Assembly: GCA_015486535.1 (NCBI GenBank)
Contig: WFRK01000005.1
Coordinates: 1-37,075 of the forward strand
Source: Candidatus Microgenomates bacterium
GTDB lineage: Bacteria; Patescibacteriota; Microgenomatia; UBA1400; PJMF01
Direction of reading: 5' to 3'
Length of the DNA stretch: 37,075 nt
The translations under genes were made by a program, and so were the position numbers. Numbering within the stretch: the stretch's first letter is position 1; every line of letters begins with the position of its first letter. Below the pieces are notes generated by a model. The model was not told the DNA's origin. It saw only the letters and a list, made by a program, of their open reading frames with translations, and did no database searches. Shown one piece after another: positions 26,382 to 34,520 of this stretch.

Positions 26382-27517
26382 AAAAAATTCTTATTTCTGG
26401 GGGTCATCTCACTCCGGCCTTGGCGTTGATTGATTATTTGGCAAAGAAAGAGCCGGAAATTAAAATTATTTTTGCTGGTCGAGTCTACGCCCAAGTAAAT
26501 AATCGTCAACCGGCGCACGAATATCAACTGATTAAACAGAGAGATAACGCCCTCTTCGAACCATTCAACTCGGGCAAATGGGGCAATGGCCATCTTTTGT
26601 ATAGACTGCAACAAATTGGTTTATTTTTCATCAGCCTCCCTCACGCCTTATCGCTCATGTGGCACCATAAGCCAAAGTTATTTATCTCTTTTGGTGGTTA
26701 TCTCGCTGTTCCTTTAAGTCTGGTGGCTAAACTTTTGGGAATACCGATCATCACCCATGAACAAACTCATACTGCTGGTTTGGCCAACCAGCTGATTGCT
26801 CATTTAGCTAATCGTGTCGCCATTTCTTATCTGGAAACAAGAAAATTTTTCCCTCCGCAAAAAACGGTTTTAACCGGTAATTTGATTAGGGAAAAAATTA
26901 TGACCCAAGCAAAACCGCCGCGTTGGTTTCGTCTCAAACAAACACAACCAATCCTTTATATTACTGGTGGTAGTCAAGGATCAGAGATTATTAATGGCAC
27001 TAGCGGTCAAATCATCCAACCCCTTCTGAAAGACTGGATTGTCATTCATCAGTGTGGTAGTAAATCGAAGATGCGTAATTATCATCATGAGTTAACACAG
27101 ATCAAACAACAGTTAAACCCAAAAATGGCCAGCCATTACTTAATCAGAGAATGGTTGAATGAAACTGAGTTAGCTTGGGTTTACCAACAGGCTCAACTCG
27201 TCGTTGGCCGAGCGGGCGCTAATACGGTGGCAGAGATTAGTCTTTACCAGATTCCCTCGATCCTCATTCCTCTTAAGATCTCTCGGGGCGATGAGCAAAC
27301 AAAAAATGCCCAACAATTGGCCCAAATCGGAGCAAGTTTCATCATCGATCAGACTGACTTATCGCCGCAATTACTTTTAGAAAAAATTCGTTTTGCTCAA
27401 GCAAACCTAATTCAGATGCGGGCTGCTTTCAAAAAATTACCACCATTGAATGACGGTTTAAAAGCATTTGTTCAATTGATAAATGTTTTTCTTTCTCCTC
27501 ATGTCACAAAAAAATAA
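26378..27517 (+). CDS. murG: Undecaprenyl-PP-MurNAc-pentapeptide GlcNAc transferase MurG
   Basis: 'SGGHLTPALA', 'FGGYLAVP', 'HEQT..AGLAN', 'TGN.IR', 'TGGSQGS', 'RAGANTVAE' and 'EQTKNA'. Confidence 0.93.
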   Translation: MKKILISGGHLTPALALIDYLAKKEPEIKIIFAGRVYAQVNNRQPAHEYQLIKQRDNALFEPFNSGKWGNGHLLYRLQQIGLFFISLPHALSLMWHHKPKLFISFGGYLAVPLSLVAKLLGIPIITHEQTHTAGLANQLIAHLANRVAISYLETRKFFPPQKTVLTGNLIREKIMTQAKPPRWFRLKQTQPILYITGGSQGSEIINGTSGQIIQPLLKDWIVIHQCGSKSKMRNYHHELTQIKQQLNPKMASHYLIREWLNETELAWVYQQAQLVVGRAGANTVAEISLYQIPSILIPLKISRGDEQTKNAQQLAQIGASFIIDQTDLSPQLLLEKIRFAQANLIQMRAAFKKLPPLNDGLKAFVQLINVFLSPHVTKK

Positions 27518-28208
27518 AATTTTAGTTACTATTTTGTTGTTTTTTGTTGTTTTAGTGGTGAGCGATTATTTTACTCGAATTACAGCAGTGGATTGTCAAA
27601 TTATCGATCAAGAACAGCAACAGGCTTGCCCAGAGCAATTAACGGCAGCACTAAAGGAAACACTCCTCCACCAACCACTTCTGTATCAACCGTTAAAACA
27701 AAAAATATCGACAGCCAAAACAATTTTTGGTCATTATTTGATTCTCAAATTGCGGAAAAAATGGCCTAATCAACTGCAATTGATTCTTCAGAAAGACAGA
27801 TTAGTTTACCAAGTCGATAATCAGCAAAAAATATTTAGTCTCACTCGTTCAGGGGTAATTGATCGCGTCGCTAAAACCGATCCTCAGCTACCGCAAATTA
27901 AGACTGACTTGGTTCACCTCCAATCGAGTCAGTTAATTGATGACGCACTCCATCAAAAAATCCTGCGTTTAATTCAATTCGCCCAATCAAAAAATATGCG
28001 TTTAGTAAGCGTTGATCTCGATCAAGGGAGAGTGAAGGCAAAAGTTCTCTTTCAACCGCGAACAATTGTTTTGATGAATTTCAATCAAAAATTACCTTTG
28101 AGGGAGTTGGCTCTCATTCTCCAGGCAAATCAATATCAGACCCAATTACGATCGGGAGCAATCATTGACCTTAGATTTAGATTACCAATACTACGCAAAC
28201 ATGAATAA
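27501..28208 (+). CDS. ftsQ: Probable FtsQ/DivIB-like cell division protein (divergent)
   Basis: Between murG and ftsA; N-terminal TM, POTRA-like 'LRKKWPNQLQLIL' and C-terminal 'IIDLRFRLP' (FtsQ 'IDLR' motif). Confidence 0.7.
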   Translation: MSQKNKILVTILLFFVVLVVSDYFTRITAVDCQIIDQEQQQACPEQLTAALKETLLHQPLLYQPLKQKISTAKTIFGHYLILKLRKKWPNQLQLILQKDRLVYQVDNQQKIFSLTRSGVIDRVAKTDPQLPQIKTDLVHLQSSQLIDDALHQKILRLIQFAQSKNMRLVSVDLDQGRVKAKVLFQPRTIVLMNFNQKLPLRELALILQANQYQTQLRSGAIIDLRFRLPILRKHE

Positions 28209-28232
28209 ATTTGTTATGCTAACATATAAGTT

Positions 28233-29558
28233 ATGGCAAATCAAAAAGTTATTGCTGCCATCGATATTGGCACAGATAAGTGCGCCACGGTTATTGGCGT
28301 TGTCGACGGATCAACAAATAAACCGAGGATTGTCGGCGTGGCCGCAACCCCATCGAGCGGCGTGAAAAGAAGTCAGATTGTCGATCTTGAGCAAGTGATT
28401 GCGAGCATGACTCGCAGTCTTGACGCAGCGGAACGTATGGCCGGCTTAGAGATTAAAACCGCTTTCTTATCAACCTCTGGCAGTCATATTAAATCACAAA
28501 ACTCTAAAGGTGTTGTCGCAGTCGCCTCACCTAATCAAGAAATCGCGGCTGATGATGTTAATCGCGTCATTGAGGCCGCTCGCGCTGTTTCGCTACCATC
28601 TGACCGAGAAATTATTCACGCTATTCCCAAGAGTTTTAAAATTGATTCTCAAGAGGGGATTAAGGATCCTGTCGGCATGACCGGTGTCAGACTGGAGACA
28701 GAAACTCATATTATCACTGGCTTGACCACGGCTTTAAAAAATATGGAGAAGTGTGTTTACGACTTGGGTGTAGAGGCGGAAGGTTTCATTTTTTCTGGCC
28801 TGGCTGCCAGTGAAATCATCCTCTCAGAAACAGAAAAAGAATTGGGCGTGGTAGCGGTCGACCTAGGAGCGGGATCAACTTCAATTGCTGTCTGGGTTGA
28901 CGGTGCTTTAGAGTTTTCCACTTCATTGCCGATCGGCGCAAGACACATTACCCAAGATATCGCCCTGGGCTGTCGTTTAAGTCTCAATCAAGCAGAAAAA
29001 TTAAAGGTCTATCTATCTCAACATCAGAAAGAAATACCCCATGCTTTAAAGGCAAATCCGGGAGAAACTAAAGCTGAGTTGGCCAAAAGAAGGCGAAAAG
29101 TGGATGAAATCAATCTGTTAGAGTTAAATATTAGTGACGAACGTGAAGTGTTGTCAAAAAAGAAAGTAGTCGAAGGCATTATTTATCCTCGTTTAAAAGA
29201 AATTATGGCTTTTATCGGTGAAAGCTTGGAAAAACATGGACTTTTCAATCAAGTACCAGCTGGTTTGGTATTTACTGGCGGCGGTGCCCAGACTATTGGT
29301 TTGACACATATGGCAAAACAGGTACTTGGCTTACCGGCAAGGATTGGTCAGTTAAAACCGACCGATGGCCTGACAAATGATATTTATGATCCCTCTTTGG
29401 CTGTTGCCATCGGTTTAATTCATTATGGCTTTAAACATGGTGGTGGTAGCGAGCAATCTGGTTTTAATTTCGGCAAATTAACTAGCTGGATTAGTCTCTC
29501 ATCAATCAAAAACAAACTTGAGCGCTTACTCGCCTTGATTGTTACAAAAGGACGCTAG
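28233..29558 (+). CDS. ftsA: Cell division protein FtsA
   Basis: 'AAIDIGTDK', 'AERMAG', 'DPVGMTGVRLE', 'EKELGVVAVDLGAGST', 'PIGARHITQDIA', 'AEKLK' and 'VFTGGGA'. Confidence 0.96.
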   Translation: MANQKVIAAIDIGTDKCATVIGVVDGSTNKPRIVGVAATPSSGVKRSQIVDLEQVIASMTRSLDAAERMAGLEIKTAFLSTSGSHIKSQNSKGVVAVASPNQEIAADDVNRVIEAARAVSLPSDREIIHAIPKSFKIDSQEGIKDPVGMTGVRLETETHIITGLTTALKNMEKCVYDLGVEAEGFIFSGLAASEIILSETEKELGVVAVDLGAGSTSIAVWVDGALEFSTSLPIGARHITQDIALGCRLSLNQAEKLKVYLSQHQKEIPHALKANPGETKAELAKRRRKVDEINLLELNISDEREVLSKKKVVEGIIYPRLKEIMAFIGESLEKHGLFNQVPAGLVFTGGGAQTIGLTHMAKQVLGLPARIGQLKPTDGLTNDIYDPSLAVAIGLIHYGFKHGGGSEQSGFNFGKLTSWISLSSIKNKLERLLALIVTKGR

Positions 29559-29566
29559 TTTGTTCA

Positions 29567-29594
29567 TTGATTATTTGTGAATAAATGATAGACT
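29567..29594 (+). promoter_or_regulatory. Putative ftsZ-specific promoter
   Basis: TTGATT (29567-72), N16, TAGACT (29589-94) with a TG extension (29586-87); AT-rich leader with no SD. Confidence 0.45.
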
Positions 29595-29631
29595 TTGCAT
29601 TATATAAATCGAGCTAAAAACTAATATTCTT

Positions 29632-30846
29632 ATGGCACTGGTTAAACCAACGAACACTACATTCGCAAAAATTAAAGTCATCGGTGTCGGTGGTGGCGGT
29701 GGTAACGCTATCAATTCCATGATTGACTCTAATCAGATTAAGGGTGTTGAGTTCATTGCTCTCAATACCGACGCTCAGGCGTTATTGACCTCAAAGGCAG
29801 AAACCAAACTTCAGATTGGCAGCAATCACACAAAAGGACTTGGCTCCGGTGCCGATCCTGATATCGGTAAAGAAGCAGCGGAAGAATCCTACGATAAAAT
29901 TAAGGACTTGCTTTTCGATACCGATATGGTTTTCATCACCGCCGGTATGGGTGGTGGTACCGGTACGGGTGCTTCACCCATTATTGCTGAAATAGCGAAA
30001 GAAAGCGGTGCTCTAACAGTCGCCGTCGTCACCAAACCATTCCATTTCGAAGGGCGCAAACGGATGGATGCCGCCGAAAGTGGCATCGAAGAAATGCGAG
30101 ACAAAGTGGATACGTTGATTGTCATTCCTAATCAACGTTTAATGGAAGTCGTTGATAAAAAAATGACACTCTTAAATGCTTTCAAGTTGGCGGATAATGT
30201 TTTAGGTCAAGGCGTAAAAGGCATCTCTGATCTTATTACTGTTCCGGGACTGATCAATGTTGATTTTGCTGATGTGAAAACGATTATGGTTGATTCCGGT
30301 TCAGCTTTGATGGGTATTGGTGAAGCAAGTGGAGAAAATCGCGCCGCGACAGCGGCCCGAATGGCCGTGGCCTCACCTTTGTTGGAGGTATCAATCGATG
30401 GTGCTCAAGGCATTCTCTACAACATTATTGGCGGGCCAGACATGACAATGAATGAAGTCGCCGAGGCATCAACAATCATTGCCAATGCCGCTGCCAGTGA
30501 TGCCAATATTATTTTTGGCGCCACAATCGATGAATCAATGGGAGAGAAGCTAAAAATTTCCGTTATCGCTACTGGCTTTGATGGCATGACCTATAAATTC
30601 GGTCGAAAAAATATGTTTGGGGCCTATTCAAAAAAAGCCGCAGAGAAAGAAAAAATAGATGATACCAGTGTTACCGGTGGTCCGGCCTTAATTAATCAAA
30701 CACCGGCTGGCTTTACTCAACCAGTGACGAACGGAGCAGAACAAGTTGAAACTGAAGTGGGGCATCAAAAAACAGATCGGATCGAAAATATCGATGAGCT
30801 AGATGAAGAAGAGTTCGAAATTCCCGCCTTCATGAGACAAAAATAA
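29632..30846 (+). CDS. ftsZ: Cell division protein FtsZ
   Basis: '[15 protein letters not shown]', 'NTDAQAL', tubulin signature '[10 protein letters not shown]', 'INVDFADV' and C-terminal core 'EIPAFMR'. Confidence 0.99.
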   Translation: MALVKPTNTTFAKIKVIGVGGGGGNAINSMIDSNQIKGVEFIALNTDAQALLTSKAETKLQIGSNHTKGLGSGADPDIGKEAAEESYDKIKDLLFDTDMVFITAGMGGGTGTGASPIIAEIAKESGALTVAVVTKPFHFEGRKRMDAAESGIEEMRDKVDTLIVIPNQRLMEVVDKKMTLLNAFKLADNVLGQGVKGISDLITVPGLINVDFADVKTIMVDSGSALMGIGEASGENRAATAARMAVASPLLEVSIDGAQGILYNIIGGPDMTMNEVAEASTIIANAAASDANIIFGATIDESMGEKLKISVIATGFDGMTYKFGRKNMFGAYSKKAAEKEKIDDTSVTGGPALINQTPAGFTQPVTNGAEQVETEVGHQKTDRIENIDELDEEEFEIPAFMRQK

Positions 30847-30851
30847 AAATC

Positions 30852-31067
30852 ATGATTGATGCTGACCTACGAGATTTTTACCAAAAGATCCAAACCAAAT
30901 TGAAGAGGCAACCTAATTTTAATGTTTTTCGGGCTCTATTTTTATCCACACCGGATAAACAACAATAATTCAGACGTTTGCTGGAACAAACTTATCCTCT
31001 CTTGATCGTTCATGATCGTCCTGGAGGAATAGAAAAAATAGCTGACGGATTTTCAACTCACAAATGA
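30852..31067 (+). pseudogene. Possible small ORF interrupted by one in-frame TAA, or a 38-aa sORF
   Basis: MIDADLRDFYQKIQTKLKRQPNFNVFRALFLSTPDKQQ* (TAA 30966-68), then in frame FRRLLEQTYPLLIVHDRPGGIEKIADGFSTHK* (TGA 31065-67). Starts 5 nt after the ftsZ stop. Confidence 0.3.
30942..30950 (+). promoter_or_regulatory. Perfect DnaA-box consensus TTATCCACA
   Basis: Exact 9-mer in the ftsZ-ileS gap, embedded in the IR TTTATCC-N5-GGATAAA (30941-30959). Only one copy was noticed. Confidence 0.3.
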
Positions 31068-31094
31068 TTCGACTTGATATATAATAGCTGCGTT

Positions 31095-34000
31095 ATGCCA
31101 AAAACAGATTTGCAATTAAAAGATATTCCACCGCATCCGAATTTGCCAAAACTAGAGGAAGAGGTGCTTAAATTCTGGGACGAAACAAATGCTTTCCAGA
31201 AATCAATCGCTTTGAGAAGTAAAAAAAACCGTTATGTTTTTTATGACGGGCCACCTTTTGCTACCGGCCTGCCTCATTATGGTCACATTGTCGCCAGCAC
31301 AATCAAGGATATTATTCCGCGTTATTTTACAATGAAGGGCAAACGCGTGGAGAGAAAATGGGGCTGGGACTGCCACGGTTTACCAATCGAAAATATCGCG
31401 GAAAAAGAACTGAAAATTAAACGAAAGAAAGACATTGAAACTTTAGGTGTGGCAAAATTCAACGAAGTTTGTCGTTCCAAAGTGCTTAGCTACGTCGCTG
31501 ATTGGAAGAAGATCATTAAACGATTGGGGCGTTGGGTAGACATGGAACATGATTATAAGACGATGGATTTGACCTTCATGGAATCAGTCTGGTGGGTCTT
31601 TAAGCAGCTTTACGATCAAGGTTTAATTTACGAAGACTACCGCTCAATGCATATCTGCCCTCGCTGCGAAACGACCCTTTCACAATCGGAAGTGACCGAG
31701 GGCTATAAAGAAATTACTGATATTTCCGTCATTACCAAATTTAAGCTCTTGCAACCGAAACAAATTTTGGGTGCTAAAATAAAATCGAGAACAGTTTACG
31801 CTCTCGCTTGGACAACGACACCCTGGACTTTGCCGGGAAATGTTTTGTTGGCTGTTAATCCCAAACTTACCTATGTCATTTTTTCCGATCATGAATCAAA
31901 AAGTCTTTACCTTGCTGCCCAGGCAAGAGTCAAAGAAGTGATGGGTGATGAGCCAATCAAAATCATCACTAAAATTAAAGGTGAAGACTTGTTGGGCCTA
32001 AAATATGAGCCGCTTTTCCCCTATTTCAAAGAAACGAAACGGGCTTTCCAAATTGTTTCGGCAGACTTTGTCTCTGCTGAAGATGGCACCGGCATCGTTC
32101 ATGTTGCTCCTGCTTTTGGCGAGGACGATTTTAATCTGGGAAAACAAGTCGGTGTCCCACTTATTCATCATGTTGACGCTGAAGGAAAATTCATCGCCGC
32201 TGTGACTGATTTTGCCGGCATGAAGGTGAAACCGAAAGAAGATCCGACTAAAGCTGATGTCGAAATTATCAAATGGCTCGCAAAAAATAACAAACTCTTT
32301 GCCAAGAAAAAAATCAAACATAGTTACCCTCATTGTTGGCGCTGTGATACGCCACTGTTGAACTATGCCACCAGTAGTTACTTTGTCAGAGTTACCGCTC
32401 TAAAAGAACGGATGCTTACTTTAGCCAAAAAAATCAACTGGATGCCGCCTCACATCAAAAAAGGCCGCTGGCATAACTGGCTCAAAGGCGCTAAAGATTG
32501 GTCTATTAGCCGGCAACGCTACTGGGCAAGTGTCATTCCAATTTGGAAATGTGATCAATGCGGTCAAGAAAAAGTTTTCGGCTCAATTGCAGAAATCGAA
32601 AAGAAACTTGGTTCGTTTCTTGTCATGCGCCATGGAGAGGCGGAAAATAATATCAAGGAGATTTTATCCAGCAAACTCAATGATGGTATGCCTTTGACAA
32701 AAAAAGGGGAGACAATCGTCAAAAAATCGGCCCAGAAACTGATAAAGGAGAAAATTGATTTAATCATTTCATCTGATTTGGAAAGAGCGAAACAGACCAG
32801 TGAAATTGTTGCTCAAGCGACCGGGGCTAAAATCATTTACGATGCGCGTCTGCGAGAAATTGATGCGGGCGACTATGATGGATCAAATTACGCCCAAATA
32901 GCTGAATTTCTGAAATCTTGGGGTCAGGCAGACAAAAATGTTCATTTCCCCAATGGAGAGAGTTGGCAAACCATTCAAGCTCGGATTAAAAGTTTCTACA
33001 ATGATTTGTTTACTCAATACAAAGATCGGCATGTCTTGGTTGTTTCTCATGGTGACGTGCTTGTTGCCCTCCAAGCTCTGATAAGTCACAAAGACTTTTA
33101 CGCTACCGTCAGAGAAATACACTCTTCAGAGGGAGAATATATTGAAAAAGGTAGGCCGATGAAACTAAAATATAAATTGATCGATCTCCACAAACATGTG
33201 GTTGACACCATCACCTTCGCTTGTGATCAATGTAACGGCACGATGCATCGTGTTCCCGATGTGCTTGATACTTGGTTTGATTCTGGCTCAATGCCTTATG
33301 GTCAAGTACATTATCCCTTTGAGAATAAGGCCCAATTTGAAGCAAACTTTCCCGCTGAGTTTATTGCGGAAGGTATCGATCAGACGCGGGCTTGGTTTTA
33401 CTATCTCCACGCGATTGCTACCGGCATTAAGGATAGTAATGCGTTTCAAAATGTAATTGTGAACGGCATCGTTTTAGCGGAAGACGGTAAAAAAATGAGT
33501 AAACGTCTGAAAAATTATCCCGATCCAAGTAAATTACTTGAACAATACGGCGGTGATAGTTTGCGCCTTTATTTGGCCAGCTCACCGGTGATGAAGGCGG
33601 AAAACCTTAATTTTAGCGAGAAAGGTGTCGCGCAAGTTAGGCGGAAGGTATTTTTAATCCTTTGGAACATGTTCTCTTTTCACAAACTTTATCATCAACT
33701 TGGGTCAATGAACTTGGTTGAATTTGAAAAGTTTGAACCAACCTCAAACAATATTCTTGATCAATGGGTTATCTCTTTGACTCACTCAACTTTGAAACAA
33801 GTGACCGATCATCTTGATCATTATGATTTAGTGAAATCAAGTCGCGTGATCATCGAGTTTGTTAATCATTTGTCGACGTGGTATTTGAGACGTTCGCGCG
33901 ACCGTTTGAGAGAAAAACAAGAGGCTCAGGCTACTTTCCGTTACGTCCTCGCTCTTACCTGTCAAATGTTGGCCCCATTTGCACCCTTTATGAGTGAGCT

Positions 34001-34520
34001 CATTTTTAACAATTTGATTGATTTGCCAAAAGATAAACCGAGTATACATCATACCAATTGGCCCAAGGTGAAGGTGAAATTGATCAATGCCAAATTAGAA
34101 TCAGTCATGATAGAAATTCGTAAAGTGGCGGAAAAAACTCACGCTCTGAGAAAAGCTCATCAGGTGAAAGTAAAACAGCCTTTAGCAAAATTAACAGTCA
34201 TTTCCACTTTAAAACAACCAAGCGATCGCCTCTTGAAAGTGCTCGCTGAGGAAGTGAATGTCAAGACGATCGATTGGCAAAAAGGCGATTTACTTGAAGT
34301 GAAGTTAGATTTTAATCTCACTCCAAAATTAAAAGCGGAAGGGGAGGCGAGAGAATTAATTCGCGAGATTCAGAAATTAAGAAAAAAATCAAATTTAAAA
34401 CCGGAAGACCGGGCTCATTTCAGGGTGAGGCAAATTCCTCAAGGATGGCAACAGCAGATTGAGACACAGACACATAGTCAGATTGAGCTTGGTGATCAAC
34501 TGCAGCTGCTCAACTCATGA
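31095..34520 (+). CDS. ileS: Isoleucine--tRNA ligase, type 2 (archaeal/eukaryote-like), with an inserted histidine phosphatase domain
   Basis: 'FYDGPPFATGLPHYGH', 'GWDCHGLPIE', editing motifs 'WTTTPWTLPGN' and 'GTGIVHVAPAFGEDD', 'HSYPHCWRC', 'DWSISRQRYW', 'WFDSGSMP', 'EGIDQTRAWFY' and 'KMSKRLKNY'. Start at ATG 31095. Confidence 0.96.
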   Translation: MPKTDLQLKDIPPHPNLPKLEEEVLKFWDETNAFQKSIALRSKKNRYVFYDGPPFATGLPHYGHIVASTIKDIIPRYFTMKGKRVERKWGWDCHGLPIENIAEKELKIKRKKDIETLGVAKFNEVCRSKVLSYVADWKKIIKRLGRWVDMEHDYKTMDLTFMESVWWVFKQLYDQGLIYEDYRSMHICPRCETTLSQSEVTEGYKEITDISVITKFKLLQPKQILGAKIKSRTVYALAWTTTPWTLPGNVLLAVNPKLTYVIFSDHESKSLYLAAQARVKEVMGDEPIKIITKIKGEDLLGLKYEPLFPYFKETKRAFQIVSADFVSAEDGTGIVHVAPAFGEDDFNLGKQVGVPLIHHVDAEGKFIAAVTDFAGMKVKPKEDPTKADVEIIKWLAKNNKLFAKKKIKHSYPHCWRCDTPLLNYATSSYFVRVTALKERMLTLAKKINWMPPHIKKGRWHNWLKGAKDWSISRQRYWASVIPIWKCDQCGQEKVFGSIAEIEKKLGSFLVMRHGEAENNIKEILSSKLNDGMPLTKKGETIVKKSAQKLIKEKIDLIISSDLERAKQTSEIVAQATGAKIIYDARLREIDAGDYDGSNYAQIAEFLKSWGQADKNVHFPNGESWQTIQARIKSFYNDLFTQYKDRHVLVVSHGDVLVALQALISHKDFYATVREIHSSEGEYIEKGRPMKLKYKLIDLHKHVVDTITFACDQCNGTMHRVPDVLDTWFDSGSMPYGQVHYPFENKAQFEANFPAEFIAEGIDQTRAWFYYLHAIATGIKDSNAFQNVIVNGIVLAEDGKKMSKRLKNYPDPSKLLEQYGGDSLRLYLASSPVMKAENLNFSEKGVAQVRRKVFLILWNMFSFHKLYHQLGSMNLVEFEKFEPTSNNILDQWVISLTHSTLKQVTDHLDHYDLVKSSRVIIEFVNHLSTWYLRRSRDRLREKQEAQATFRYVLALTCQMLAPFAPFMSELIFNNLIDLPKDKPSIHHTNWPKVKVKLINAKLESVMIEIRKVAEKTHALRKAHQVKVKQPLAKLTVISTLKQPSDRLLKVLAEEVNVKTIDWQKGDLLEVKLDFNLTPKLKAEGEARELIREIQKLRKKSNLKPEDRAHFRVRQIPQGWQQQIETQTHSQIELGDQLQLLNS
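32610..33179 (+). other. In-frame histidine phosphatase (His_Phos_1/PGAM-like) domain inside IleRS
   Basis: 'FLVMRHGEAENN', 'PLTKKG', 'DLIISSDLERAKQT', 'DARLREID.GDYDG', 'PNGES...AR' and 'VLVVSHGD'. Confidence 0.9.

Noticed and set aside
30847-31094. T-box riboswitch upstream of ileS, or oriC in this gap
   Set aside because: No GGTGGnACCGCG T-box or terminator/antiterminator, and a TATAAT lies 9 nt from the ATG. Only one DnaA box was seen, with no box cluster or dnaA/dnaN nearby.
32610-33179. IleRS insert as an intein or intron
   Set aside because: No N-terminal Cys/Ser block with C-terminal HN-C/S/T, no homing-endonuclease motif, and the frame is continuous with phosphatase motifs.
32550-33232. 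11-nt direct repeat TGTGATCAATG (32550-60 and 33222-32) flanking the IleRS insert as a target-site duplication
   Set aside because: The copies encode the two native CxxC zinc knuckles (CDQC) and lie ~15-20 codons outside the insert boundaries. Protein constraint explains them.
2629-34052. The many 60-150 aa alternative-frame and minus-strand ORFs in the track (e.g. 2629-2997, 10954-11277, 13442-13894, 26330-26614, 31998-32333)
   Set aside because: All lie within well-supported genes and show no recognisable motifs, consistent with shadow ORFs.
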